DNA of 62,984 nt, counting the filler, from Octopus bimaculoides (lineage: Eukaryota): assembly GCF_001194135.2 (NCBI RefSeq). It is 4 parts of 4 records of this genome, joined end to end, with 100 filler letters (N's around TTAATTAATTAA, not from the genome) between each part and the next. Parts side by side here need not be neighbours in the genome. Positions count along the whole stretch, not along the records: positions 1 to 18,554 come from NC_069004.1; positions 18,655 to 31,657 come from NC_068983.1; 2 more parts are not named here. One strand, given 5' to 3'. The notes beneath the pieces were generated by a model. The model made no database searches. It had not been told where the DNA came from and worked only from the letters and a program-made list of their open reading frames with translations. Positions 11,976-23,615 of this stretch are shown here, one piece after another. A program made the position numbers and the translations under genes. The stretch's first letter is position 1; the number at the start of each line of letters is the position of its first letter.

Positions 11976-12429
11976 NNNNNNNNNNNNNNNNNNNNNNNNN
12001 NNNNNNNNNNNNNNNNNNNNNNNNNNNNNNNNNNNNNNNNNNNNNNNNNNNNNNNNNNNNNNNNNNNNNNNNNNNNNNNNNNNNNNNNNNNNNNNNNNNN
12101 NNNNNNNNNNNNNNNNNNNNNNNNNNNNNNNNNNNNNNNNNNNNNNNNNNNNNNNNNNNNNNNNNNNNNNNNNNNNNNNNNNNNNNNNNNNNNNNNNNNN
12201 NNNNNNNNNNNNNNNNNNNNNNNNNNNNNNNNNNNNNNNNNNNNNNNNNNNNNNNNNNNNNNNNNNNNNNNNNNNNNNNNNNNNNNNNNNNNNNNNNNNN
12301 NNNNNNNNNNNNNNNNNNNNNNNNNNNNNNNNNNNNNNNNNNNNNNNNNNNNNNNNNNNNNNNNNNNNNNNNNNNNNNNNNNNNNNNNNNNNNNNNNNNN
12401 NNNNNNNNNNNNNNNNNNNNNNNNNNNNN

Positions 12430-12474
<45 letters not shown>

Positions 12475-12483
12475 CATATATAC

Positions 12484-12635
12484 GACGGGCTTCATTCAGT
12501 TTCCGTCTACCAAATCCACTCACAAGGCTTTGGTCGGCCCGAGACTGTAGTAGCAGACACTTGCCCAAGGTGCCAAGCAGAGTGACTGAACCCGGAACTG
12601 TTTGGTTCGTAAGCAAGCTACTTTACCACACAGCT
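12484..12635 (-). mobile_element. SINE family B, 5' half
   Basis: Reverse complement of head + CORE + GTGAGTGGATTTGGTAGACGGAAACTGAA. Confidence 0.85.
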
Positions 12636-12860
12636 ACTCGAAGAATTCGGAGGAATTTGGTAAAATAACATTTTCTTTGCTGTGGAACAATGTCAGTGAC
12701 AGGGTTACAATTTTGCAATGAATATTTTGATATGTCATGAAATAAATTGAAATTGAAATTGAATTTAACAACTTTATCTGTTATTAATTATCTGGAATGT
12801 CTTCACCAATGTAGAATTATTTTATTTCACATTTTGTGCTTGGAACAGAACTAAAAATGT

Positions 12861-13081
12861 TTAACCCCTTGGTATTTAGTCCAGCCATATCTGGCTTAAA
12901 TATTCTACCTGTTTTTATGTTAAAACTGACCACCTCCAACCTCTCACACCTATCCTACAATGTTATTTTAAAAACATACAAACACACCATTGAAATCATG
13001 AGGTTACAAGTTAATGCATGATGAATTCAAAACAATGTGAATAAATAAGCAATACAAGAAATCTGAATGTTAATGGGTTAA
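12861..13081. mobile_element. piggyBac-like MITE (~220 bp, TTAA-flanked)
   Basis: TTAA-CCCCTTGGTATTT ... ATGTTAATGGG-TTAA termini; homologous copies at 15842-16273 and ~20190-20402. Confidence 0.75.
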
Positions 13082-13184
13082 AAATGAACTTAAAACAAGC
13101 AATTTTTGTATAGCTAAACCAAGGTCAGTCTCAAGTATAAACTTCTTGCTTTCTCTGTCTATGCACTAACATGAGTAGCACCAT

Positions 13185-13540
13185 TTGAGCGTAATCGTTA
13201 CCAGCGTTGCCTTCTAGCACTTGTGCTGGTGGCATGTTAGAAAATCATTTGAGCGAGGTCGTTGCCAGTGCCACTGGACTGGCTCCCGTGCAAGTGGCAC
13301 GTAAAAAACATCTTTTTGAGCGTGGCCGTTGCCAGTACTGTGTGACTGGCCCGCGTGCCGGTGGCATGTAAAAGCACCCACTACACTCTCGGAGTGGTTG
13401 GCGTTAGGAAGGGCATCCAGCTGTAGAAACTCTGCCAGATCAGATTGGAGCCTGGTGTAGCCATCTGGCTTGCCAGTCCTCAGTCAAATCGTCCAACCCA
13501 TGCTAGCATGGAAAGCAGACATTAAACAATGATGATGATG
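13185..13540 (+). mobile_element. RTE LINE 3' UTR/tail with (ATG)n end
   Basis: Subrepeats as at 1590-1840, then GGCGTTAGGAAGGGCATCCAGCTGTAGAAAC...CATGCTAGCATGGAAAGCAGACATTAAACAATGATGATG. Confidence 0.85.
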
Positions 13541-13544
13541 AGAG

Positions 13545-14490
13545 AGTTGCCTCCTTAGTAAACCTATGTTATCAGACATATCTCATACTAATTTCATCTG
13601 CCATACTCTTTGTGCCAGGTTAAGGAATGCTGGAAGAGAGTATCAATTTTGGAGTTTTCCTTTTCCGAAATTGATTGCTTTCCTTACAAAATTCTATTTA
13701 ATCCAAAGACAGGGCTCTGGCAGATACTACCATTCCAGGTCAGAACATACCTGGGAGTAATGGTACTTAAGGGGTGACTCTCTGCTTCCCACAACTCTAG
13801 GGCTCCCAAACTGGAGCTCCACTACAAGATGCAGTTTTGTGTTATACCTGAAATGGTTGCCTCCATAGTATGAACGAATCTATGTTATTGGACATACCTC
13901 ATGTTAGTTTCATCAGCCATGCTCTTCTGTACTGTGTTAGGGAATTTTGGAAGAGGATGGTTAATTTTGGAGTTTTCCTTCTCCTTGATAGATTGCCTTC
14001 ACCGCTACAAAGAAGATCAACTTACCCTTACAAAAATCTTTCTAAATCATAGATGGGACCCTGACAGGTATTACCATTCCAGGCCAGAACAGATTTGGAA
14101 GTAAATGTAATTAAGGGGTGACTCCATAACTCCCAAGCTGGAGCTTCACCATCAGATGCAGTTTTATGTCATACATGAAGTAGTTGCCTCTATAGTATGA
14201 ATCTGAATTATTGGACATACCACATGTTGGTTTCATCAGCCATGCTCTTCCATGCTGGCTTAGTGCATGTTGGAGGAGGATATTAATTTTGGAATTTTCC
14301 ATCTCCTAGATTGAATGTTTTCACCACTGCTAAGGAGCTCAACTTTCCCTTACAAAAATCTATTTAACCCAACGATGGGGCCCTAACAAGTTCTACCATT
14401 CCAGACCAGAACCAACCTGGAGGTAATGGTATTCATGCTCACCACAACTCCAGAGCTGTCAAATGGGAGCCTCATTATCAGATGCAGTTT
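13545..14490. repeat. Three diverged tandem copies of a ~310-340 bp unit
   Basis: Anchor GTTGCCTCYWTAGTA at ~13546, ~13856, ~14183; anchor TACCATTCCAG at ~13728, ~14072, ~14394. Confidence 0.85.
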
Positions 14491-14751
14491 AATATTTTAC
14501 TCATGTATATCTGTTTCATGGTGTCCATAATAACATACCACTAACAAGATTTTACTTAGCTCTCTAGCAATAGGTATGTTCAATCAAGTCTGACCTGGGG
14601 CTAAACAACATCAACACAATGGCTATATTCATATTTGAAACTACTCTTATTTTCTTTGTACTATTGATTTAATTATGAATTTGTAGTGTAACCTGTTTGT
14701 CAGCCAAGCATACTGCAGTGGACAGAATTATAAACTTTGTTTTAAGAGCAT

Positions 14752-14948
14752 ATATCTTTTATCTTTTACTTGTTTCGGTCATTGGATTGTGGCCATGCTG
14801 GAGTACTGCCTTGAAGGGCCTACATGAAAAAATTGCACCCACTCTTTATTTTATTTTCAAATCTATTATTTATTTTATTGCCAAACTGCTAATTCATGGA
14901 GATGAAAACAAACCAACACAAGCTATCCAGTGGTGGTGTGGGACAACG

Positions 14949-14994
<46 letters not shown>

Positions 14995-15536
14995 GTNNNN
15001 NNNNNNNNNNNNNNNNNNNNNNNNNNNNNNNNNNNNNNNNNNNNNNNNNNNNNNNNNNNNNNNNNNNNNNNNNNNNNNNNNNNNNNNNNNNNNNNNNNNN
15101 NNNNNNNNNNNNNNNNNNNNNNNNNNNNNNNNNNNNNNNNNNNNNNNNNNNNNNNNNNNNNNNNNNNNNNNNNNNNNNNNNNNNNNNNNNNNNNNNNNNN
15201 NNNNNNNNNNNNNNNNNNNNNNNNNNNNNNNNNNNNNNNNNNNNNNNNNNNNNNNNNNNNNNNNNNNNNNNNNNNNNNNNNNNNNNNNNNNNNNNNNNNN
15301 NNNNNNNNNNNNNNNNNNNNNNNNNNNNNNNNNNNNNNNNNNNNNNNNNNNNNNNNNNNNNNNNNNNNNNNNNNNNNNNNNNNNNNNNNNNNNNNNNNNN
15401 NNNNNNNNNNNNNNNNNNNNNNNNNNNNNNNNNNNNNNNNNNNNNNNNNNNNNNNNNNNNNNNNNNNNNNNNNNNNNNNNNNNNNNNNNNNNNNNNNNNN
15501 NNNNNNNNNNNNNNNNNNNNNNNNNNNNNNNNNNNN

Positions 15537-15570
<34 letters not shown>

Positions 15571-15660
15571 GCACACTTACTCAAGGTGCCATGCAGTAAG
15601 ACTGAACCTGAAATAATGTGGTTGGGAAGCAAACTTCTTACCTCAGAGCCAAACCTGTGC
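14752..15660 (-). mobile_element. SINE family B spanning an N gap
   Basis: Tail at 14752-14945, (TA)n plus gap, head at 15570-15660. Confidence 0.75.
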
Positions 15661-15841
15661 CTATAATATGTATATGTATAGCTTTGCAAGCTTGCAAATC
15701 AATGTCAGTGAATGCAATACACTGGTTATAGTAAGAGGTTACTGTGTGTAACGTAACACATCAGCAGAGAGATAATTCCCAGAAGGTTGACTCTTTAAGA
15801 GAGAAAGGATTGGTACTAGAAATTAGTATGGGACCTGGGAA

Positions 15842-16273
15842 TTAATCCTTTAGCGTTCAGGTTACTGTCAAAAGTATTACTTATTTATTTACATTGCTTT
15901 GAATTAATTATGTACTATCTGATAAGCCTCAATATTTCAATGATATAATTGTATGTTCTTAGAATGACATTTTGGGATAGGTGTGAGAAACCGGATCTGG
16001 CCAGTTTGAACATAAAACAAGATATTTTGGCTGGATATGGCTGGTTTAACCATTTAACATTCAGATTATTCCGTCAAATGTAATGCTTATTTGTTTACTT
16101 TGTTTTGGATTAGTAATGCATTATCTCATAGTTTCAAGATTTCAACGATGTGATTGTATATTTTTAGAATAACATTGTATGGTAGGTGTGAGAAGCCAGA
16201 TCTGGTTAGTTTGAACATAAAACAGATAGAATATTTGGGCCAGATATGGCTTCTTTAGATGCTAAAGGGTTAA
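15842..16273. mobile_element. Tandem pair of the piggyBac-like MITE joined at a TTAA (16046-16049)
   Basis: Two homologous ~210-225 bp units; final terminus GCTAAAGGGTTAA. Confidence 0.8.
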
Positions 16274-16277
16274 TACG

Positions 16278-16900
16278 CTGTTGTGGGGTAAGAAGAGGAG
16301 AAATATTGAGTGTGTCAAGAGGGTCAAAGTAAGGGCAGTATGCTAGTAGCTAGTTTGAAGGATCATAGGCTGTTGTAGTAGGAACAGAATAGGCATAGAG
16401 AGGACACAGTGAGTATAAGAGTCAGGGGTTGCTGTACGTGTGTAAATCAGTCTTTTGTTATCAGCCACATGACTGTTTCAGATAGCAATCCAGGATGTTT
16501 GGATGGAACCTATTTGTCAGTCAGGCATACTGTTCTAGGCAATTCTGTGTTCATTTCCTCCAGAGAAAGAATTGGCAAAAGTGATTAGTATGGCAGCTTG
16601 GGACTATTACACAGTTGTGGGGTAAGAAAAGGAGCAAAATTTAGTGAATCAGAAGGGTTTAGGCAAGGAGAGTATGCTAGAAGCTAGTTCAAAGGATCAT
16701 AGGCTGTTGTGGTAGGAACAGAATGGACATAGAGAGGACACGGTTAATATAAGAGTCAGGAATTGCTGTAGATGTGTAAATCAGTCTTTTGTTACCAACC
16801 GGATGACTCCATTTCAGACAGCAATCCAGGATGTCTGAATGAAGCCTGTTTGTCAGTCAGGCATACTGTTCTAGACAATACTGTGTCCGTTTCTTCCAGA
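16278..16900. repeat. Tandem duplication of a ~335-bp unit, possibly a LINE 3' remnant on the minus strand
   Basis: GTTGTGGGGTAAGAA at ~16279 and ~16614; the minus strand gives weak CPL...PTTT...APFL fragments. The duplication is certain, the LINE origin tentative. Confidence 0.6.
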
Positions 16901-17399
16901 TGAAAAAAAAAAAAAAAAAAATCAAGCCAAACTGAGATTTGAACTCCCAAGCCCTTGGTGTGTTACTGTGCACGAGAGAATCTCTTAGCCAGGGCAGCAA
17001 TATTAAATGAGTATGTTATTTTTGTGTCGCTAAGAGATGTAGATATGTCGAGGTTTATCTTGCTTTTAAGCTAATGCTGCGAAGCAGCAGTTATGTAATG
17101 TGAATTTAAGAGCTTCGGTCATGGAATATTCATTAATCACTCAGCAGAACTCTCATCTCTGCCTTCTTCTACTTTGTTCAACAACCGTAAAATCAGTGTT
17201 TCTTTCACAACTTCTCAATTATCATCATAATTCAAAATCTCAACAGAAATCTTATCGAGGAGGTCAGATTTTGGTGAATAGACACGAGTGCTTCTCTGTG
17301 TACCTGCGTATAAAGGTGTGCTTATATATAGGTGTGTGTGTGTGTGTGCATGCTGTATGTATGCGTGTATATGTATGTGTGTGTCTGTATACCTATGTA

Positions 17400-17900
17400 T
17401 GAGTATGATAGAATCTGTGTTTGTGTGAGTGTGTGTGTGAGGGGGGTTGTATATGTGTCTATGTGTACGGATGTATGTCTCTATATGTATGTGTCTGTAT
17501 GCCTATGTATGGATGTGAGAGAATGTATGTGTGTATGTGTGTGTGTAGTGCATGTGTCTATATATATATATATATGGATGTGATAGTGTGTGTTTGTGTG
17601 GTGTGTATGTGTCTATATATGGATGTGACAATATGTGTGTGTGTATGTGTCTATATGGATGTGACAATATATGTGTGTATATGTCTATGTATGGATGTGA
17701 CTGTTTGTGCGGTATGCACGTGGCTATATATGTGGGTGTGACAGTATGTGTATGTGATATGTATGTCTCTATAGATATATATGTTTGTGTGACAGTATGC
17801 ATGTGTATGTGTCTATATATAGGTATGACAGTGTGTGTGTCCCTATATGTTTCTATATATATATATAGGTATGACGATATGTGTGTGTGTGTCTATATGA
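17400..17900. repeat. GT/AT-rich minisatellite (GTGTCTATATATGGATGTGACA-like unit)
   Basis: Direct reading of the recurring unit. Confidence 0.8.
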
Positions 17901-18251
17901 GTAGAGGTGTGTAAGTACGCACTGCACACAATCGCACACACACAAGCACCTATGCATACATATGTATATGAACAAACAAAAGATATGCGTATGAATATAT
18001 ATTATACATAGCTGCATACACACATGAACATCAATAATGTGTGTGTTTGGTGGTGGGGGAGATAAAGACAAGAGGGAAAACACTCAATATATAGATTAGA
18101 ATTTTATTTATTTGCTTGGTGTGATGACAGCACGAAGCTTTAATTTTACACACATTTGCGTACATACGCACACAGGCATATCTCTATATATAGCTTGGCA
18201 TTATATATTGATATATATGCCAGTGTGTGGTGTATACATACATGCGCACAC

Positions 18252-18293
<42 letters not shown>

Positions 18294-18332
18294 TCACACA
18301 CATACACACATATATATGTACATATACATATG

Positions 18333-18362
<30 letters not shown>

Positions 18363-18363
<1 letters not shown>

Positions 18364-18554
18364 CCTCGCCAGAAATAAGGAAAGAGGGCGGCTTATAAAT
18401 ACCAAAACCTTCCCTGGCAAAGAATGTACCCCAAAACATAGATTAATAGTTAGTGACTTCGGGATCAAGGCAAAATGGGTACCCAGAAGTAGACCGGCTT
18501 GGAGGAGAAGGGTGTGGAAGCTTAAAGACCCTGCAAATGGACAGAGACTTAGAG
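18363..18554 (+). mobile_element. RTE LINE, apurinic endonuclease C-terminal remnant
   Basis: [56 protein letters not shown] matches the RTE PGEEC..QHRL.V.D...WKLK pattern. Confidence 0.8.
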
Positions 18555-18598
18555 NNNNNNNNNNNNNNNNNNNNNNNNNNNNNNNNNNNNNNNNNNNN

Positions 18599-18610
18599 TT
18601 AATTAATTAA
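18599..18610. other. Artificial scaffold linker TTAATTAATTAA
   Basis: Sits centred in a 100-bp block (44 N + 12 + 44 N), has stops in all six frames, and recurs identically at 31702 and 61597. Confidence 0.9.
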
Positions 18611-18654
18611 NNNNNNNNNNNNNNNNNNNNNNNNNNNNNNNNNNNNNNNNNNNN

Positions 18655-18956
18655 TAAGATGATTCCCATGCTTTCCCTGATGAGAAGGATACAATTTTAA
18701 TATCAAAGATCCCTATGGATCACACAGGTTGTAATCCTTTGAAACATATGTAGGAATAAAGTATGCAATTATAACATGCGTTTTCTCCATTCCTTAAATT
18801 TTTAAATATACTCAAATACCCAAAATTTCAAGGAGTTCCTGCCTTAAAAACAGGAACTAAACCACAGTTATTTTGTGTTCTTTGCTACATTGGTTTCTAT
18901 TAACCCATTTATTCTATCTGAAGAATTTTTATTCATTAAGATAGAAGAAATACACA

Positions 18957-18960
<4 letters not shown>
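18655..18960 (+). mobile_element. Hammerhead-containing dispersed repeat, copy 1 (Penelope pLTR-like or retrozyme-like)
   Basis: Colinear with 59522-59824 from TAAGATGAT to AAATACACATAATT; both copies end at a (TA)n tract. Confidence 0.8.
18673..18756 (+). ncRNA. Type I hammerhead ribozyme motif
   Basis: Stem I UUCC 18673-76 / GGAA 18753-56; core CUGAUGA 18677-83; stem II GAAGGAU-ACAA / UUGU-A-AUCCUUU; GAAA 18741-44; palindromic stem III ACAUAUGU; predicted cleavage after GUA (18752). Confidence 0.8.
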
Positions 18961-18992
<32 letters not shown>

Positions 18993-19142
18993 TGTATATA
19001 TATGTACATATATATAAATGTAGATATATATGTATATATAAATGTAGATATATATGTATATATATATATAAGTATATATATATGGATACTTATATATATA
19101 AGTATATATATATGTATACTTATATATATAAGTATATATATG

Positions 19143-19186
<44 letters not shown>

Positions 19187-19612
19187 AGTGTAGCTGCTAG
19201 AATAAGAATAGACTGGGCAAAGTTCAGAGAGCTCTTCTGCTGGTGACAAGGGCTTCTCGCTCAGAGTAAAAGGCAGATTGTATGACGCATGTGTATGAAC
19301 CGCCATGCTACATGGCAGTGAAACTTGGGCTGTGACTGCTGAGGGCATGCGTAAGCTCGCAAGAAACGAAGCCACTATGCTCCGATGGATGTGTAATTTC
19401 AGTGTGCATACTTGACAGTGGGTAAGTAACTTGAGAGAAAAGTTAGACCTAAGAAGCATCAGTTGTGGTGTGCAAGAGAGACGATTACGCTGGTATGGTC
19501 ATGTTGCAAGAATGGATGAGGATAGCTGTGCGAAAAAGTGCCATACCCTAGCGGTTGAGGAAACCTGTGGAAAAGGTAGACCCAGGATGAGGTGGTGAAG
19601 CACAACCTTTGA
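19187..19612 (+). mobile_element. RTE LINE, RT C-terminal remnant
   Basis: [14 protein letters not shown]...RVKGRLYDACV*TAMLHGSETWAVTAEGMRKLARNEATMLRWMCN...RRLRWYGHVARMDEDSCAKKC...CGKGRPR. Confidence 0.9.
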
Positions 19613-19874
19613 ATATAATTTATAATGAAAATTTAATTTCATTTCTATTAAAATACTGATGAATTCAGAGTTCACTACAGTTAGCCACCTCTAACTGTCA
19701 CTCACAGCCACTACATTTGTTGTGTTACTCTTCTTTCCCTAGCATCTTCAGAGCAAAGCCTTTAAATGTTGTCTGCCTGCTTTAGCATCTGTCACTGTCA
19801 TAAACTGCCACTCCATTGTTTTATCCTTCTTTGCCTAGTGTGACCAACAGAGACACTGTGTTATAATAGATATA

Positions 19875-20174
19875 TCTCTTATATTTTATACTTATTTCAG
19901 TCATTAGACTGCAGCTATGCACCACCTTCAGAATTCTAATCAAATAAATCAGCATCAGAACTTATTTTTTAAGCCTGGTACTTATTCTGTTGATCTGTTT
20001 TGTCAAACCACTAAGTTATTGGGACATAAACACAGCAACACCAGCTGTCAAGTAATGGTGGGGCTTTGGTTATCCTGAGGCTATAGTTGAAAACACTTGC
20101 TCAATGTACCACACAGTGGGATTGAACCTGGAACCATATGGTTGGGAAGCAAACTTTCTACTACACAGCCATGC

Positions 20175-20175
<1 letters not shown>
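19875..20175 (-). mobile_element. SINE family B with internal deletion
   Basis: Reverse-complement tail and head as in other copies. Confidence 0.8.
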
Positions 20176-20189
<14 letters not shown>

Positions 20190-20205
<16 letters not shown>

Positions 20206-20402
20206 GTAATGTTTTATTTGTTCAAATTGGCTTGGCTTAATCATGCACTACCTCACTGCTTCTAGGTTTCAATGATGTGATAGTATATTTTCTAGAATGG
20301 CATTATATGGTAGGTTTGAGAGGCTGAATTTTGGTCAGTTTGGACATAACAGATGTTGAATTTTGGGGCCTGATATGGTCAGTTTAAATGCTAATGGGTT
20401 AA
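20190..20402. mobile_element. piggyBac-like MITE copy
   Basis: Body homologous to 15842-16273; ends AATGCTAATGGGTTAA. Confidence 0.7.
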
Positions 20403-22187
20403 TAACACTTACTAAGAAAGTCAGAACATCATCGAGTTCTCAAAAGACAAGCAAGATATTTTCATGAAAATATAACAATAATACAAGGCATTTAAAACTA
20501 TGGCAAGACCTAGGATTTGAACCCCATTCTCTAAGTTATTTGATCAGTACCACAAATGGACCATGCAATTATTACATGTATGTGTTATTTATTGTTCAGT
20601 TGACTTGAAGGAAATCATGCCTCAAAGTCCAAACAAAAGTGAATGTCATTGAGGTTCTCACACACTTTTCTCTAGTTATCAGTGATTTAGTGCCAAGAAT
20701 TTTAGCAGCAATTGAGAGCAACCAGTGAAGACATTACTAACATACAATTCATCTTTTACCACAAGCAAGCCAGACCAGAGCAGCAGTTCAGCAAGATTCA
20801 GCAGACTATCATCTCTTTTGCACCAAAAAAAAAAAACCAATGGTTGAGTAAACACAGTTAAAGATATGTTATTTCACTCTTGCTCAAAGCAAACCAGAGA
20901 TGTGAGTAGATTCAGATCAACTCATATCTTGATTTTCATTCAAGAGCAATTCGTTTAGTGTAAGCCTCTAATGACTGTAGTATTGAGACACTACAGAAGT
21001 CAATCCCTATATCCTTAGTGAATCTCTGAAAATCTGTGGTTATATATCTATGTATGCACTTACCTTAAATATAAATATATTCATTCATATATTCAATATA
21101 AAACATTCATGAAGTTTAATTTCTGTTTACAACATACACACCCCAGCCTAATCCATCAATCTTACACCAAAACCACAGTGACAATGGTGACCAACACACT
21201 TCTTGACAAAACAAAATTCAAATGCATTAATAAGTATGAAGGGAAAAAAAATTGTGGCATATTTTTAACATGTACTATGTATTTGGTAAATTGCTAATAC
21301 ACATTTTTAGGCTCACATGGTAGAGATGTAAATGGAACCCCACCTCTTTAATACATTTTTTTTTTGAAAATCCCACGTTTTAGGCTATTGAGATTCTGAT
21401 TCTGAAAAAATTTTTCAAAAATTGCAACTTCAAAATTTCAATTCCACCCCCGTTTCTTCATTTTTCACTTTTTCCGGAAACATTATTTGCGAAATACATA
21501 GAAAAATACAACGATTATGCTTCTNNNNNNNNNNNNNNNNNNNNNNNNNNNNNNNNNNNNNNNNNNNNNNNNNNNNNNNNNNNNNNNNNNNNNNNNNNNN
21601 NNNNNNNNNNNNNNNNNNNNNNNNNNNNNNNNNNNNNNNNNNNNNNNNNNNNNNNNNNNNNNNNNNNNNNNNNNNNNNNNNNNNNNNNNNNNNNNNNNNN
21701 NNNNNNNNNNNNNNNNNNNNNNNNNNNNNNNNNNNNNNNNNNNNNNNNNNNNNNNNNNNNNNNNNNNNNNNNNNNNNNNNNNNNNNNNNNNNNNNNNNNN
21801 NNNNNNNNNNNNNNNNNNNNNNNNNNNNNNNNNNNNNNNNNNNNNNNNNNNNNNNNNNNNNNNNNNNNNNNNNNNNNNNNNNNNNNNNNNNNNNNNNNNN
21901 NNNNNNNNNNNNNNNNNNNNNNNNNNNNNNNNNNNNNNNNNNNNNNNNNNNNNNNNNNNNNNNNNNNNNNNNNNNNNNNNNNNNNNNNNNNNNNNNNNNN
22001 NNNNNNNNNNNNNNNNNNNNNNNNNNNNNNNNNNNNNNNNNNNNNNNNNNNNNNNNNNNNNNNNNNNNNNNNNNNNNNNNNNNNNNNNNGTGAAGAATAT
22101 TTGTCTAATGTTACTATTTAGTGAAGCCAGGAAAAATTGTTGGTAGAATTCTGCTTTAAGTATCTCATATAACACCTCATAGCCTTT

Positions 22188-22622
22188 TCTAAGTTTTTTG
22201 AATTTTCAGAAAAGTTTTGCAAATTTCTGTTCTACACATGGGAATTCATACAATTATGAAAAAACAATTTTACCCCACCCCACCCATGAATCCTAAAATT
22301 TCCACTCTTTTCCAAATTTCATTTTAAGTCAAAGTTTAAAATATGAAGTCTGAATTTTTTACTGAAATCTAAGCAATGGTCCACCCTTGGGTGAATCATC
22401 ATTCCATTAAATGTGTTTATGGGGAGAAAAATATTGTAAAACATTAATACATGTCAGAGTGACAACCAAACAAGGAAGATATTGGGTGGCTGTGAAATGT
22501 GCTAAAACAACAGCCAAACCACCCTTAAATCACATGCAAAAATTTTTTTTTTCATAATTGTATGGATTTTCATGTGTAGAATACATTTGTAAAAATTTTC
22601 TGAAAATTTCAAAAGCTTAAAA
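22188..22622. mobile_element. MITE with ~80-bp terminal inverted repeats
   Basis: 22190-22270 (AAGTTTTTTGAATTTTCAGAAAA...TTCTACACATG...CATACAATTATGAAAAAA) is the imperfect reverse complement of 22540-22620. Confidence 0.75.
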
Positions 22623-22644
22623 ATTTGTGGGTTATTATATCATC

Positions 22645-22915
22645 ATCATCATCATCATCATCGTTTAACGTCCGCCTTCCATGCTAGCATGGGTTGGACG
22701 ATTTGACTGAGGACTGGTGAAACCGGATGGCAACACCAGGCTCCAATCTAATTTGGCAGAGTTTCTACAGCTGGATGCCCTTCCTAACGCCAACCACTCA
22801 GAGTGTAGTGGGTGCTTTTACGTGTCACCCACACGAAAACGGCCACGCTCGAAATGGTGTCTTTTATGTGCCACCCGCACAAGAGCCAGTCCAGGGGCAC
22901 TGGCAACGAACCCGC
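22645..22915 (-). mobile_element. RTE LINE tail with (CAT)n, young copy
   Basis: Reverse complement of 13330-13540; CpGs largely retained. Confidence 0.85.
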
Positions 22916-23401
22916 TCAAACATTTCATGGGGTGCTTAATTCATTGTTCAGTTCACAAAGCTTGCAAGTTCAAAATATCTAGACAAGTATTTGTTTTTTG
23001 AGAAAGAACATATATTTTGAGTGCAGTAAAAGATTTATAATGCGCAATGGAATTTAGTTGGGAATACATGCTTTTGTTGATAGTGCTAGCAAGAACTCAT
23101 GTGTGAAATGGAATATAATAATTAACATTTATGGTGTGATTTGTGTGAAATTCAAAATGGTAGACTGTNNNNNNNNNNNNNNNNNNNNNNNNNNNNNNNN
23201 NNNNNNNNNNNNNNNNNNNNNNNNNNNNNNNNNNNNNNNNNNNNNNNNNNNNNNNNNNNNNNNNNNNNNNNNNNNNNNNNNNNNNNNNNNNNNNNNNNNN
23301 NNNNNNNNNNNNNNNNNNNNNNNNNNNNNNNNNNNNNNNNNNNNNNNNNNNNNNNNNNNNNNNNNNNNNNNNNNNNNNNNNNNNNNNNNNNNNNNNNNNN
23401 N

Positions 23402-23615
23402 AAAAACCTCATGTGTCACCCGCACAAGAGCCAGTCCAGGGTCACTGGCAACGATCTCGCTCGAAAGATTTCATGTGTTGCCCGCTCATGAGCCAGTCCA
23501 GGGGTACCGGCAACGATCCCGCTCGAAAAACCTCATGTGTCACCCGCACAAGAGCCGGCCCAGGGGCGTCGCCCGCACATGAGCCAGTCCAGGGGCACTG
23601 GCAACGAACCCGCTC
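23402..23615 (-). repeat. Expanded array of RTE 3' UTR subrepeats
   Basis: Repeating CCCGCACAAGAGCCAGTCCAGGGGCACTGGCAACGA units. Confidence 0.8.

Noticed and set aside
11789-12668. Long ORFs (200-300 aa) here and at 14.7-15.7, 21.4-22.2, 33.0-33.8, 49.1-49.9 and 54.8-55.7 kb
   Set aside because: They are open only because they cross N gaps and (TA)n/(CA)n tracts.
18599-18610. TTAATTAATTAA palindrome recurring three times
   Set aside because: It is always centred in a 100-bp N block, so it is an assembly spacer, not biology.
18915-18965. Second CTGAAGA...GAAA within the hammerhead repeat
   Set aside because: Stems I and III cannot be formed convincingly and the motif is absent from copy 2.
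20676-20728. Short reading ISDLVPRILAAIESNQ* after ttttctctag
   Set aside because: Too short, competing open frames on both strands, and no recognisable homology.
22704-22730. CTGAGGA-CTGGTGAAACCGG in the RTE tail
   Set aside because: GAAA lies in the hairpin loop rather than after the stem; the topology is wrong for a hammerhead.
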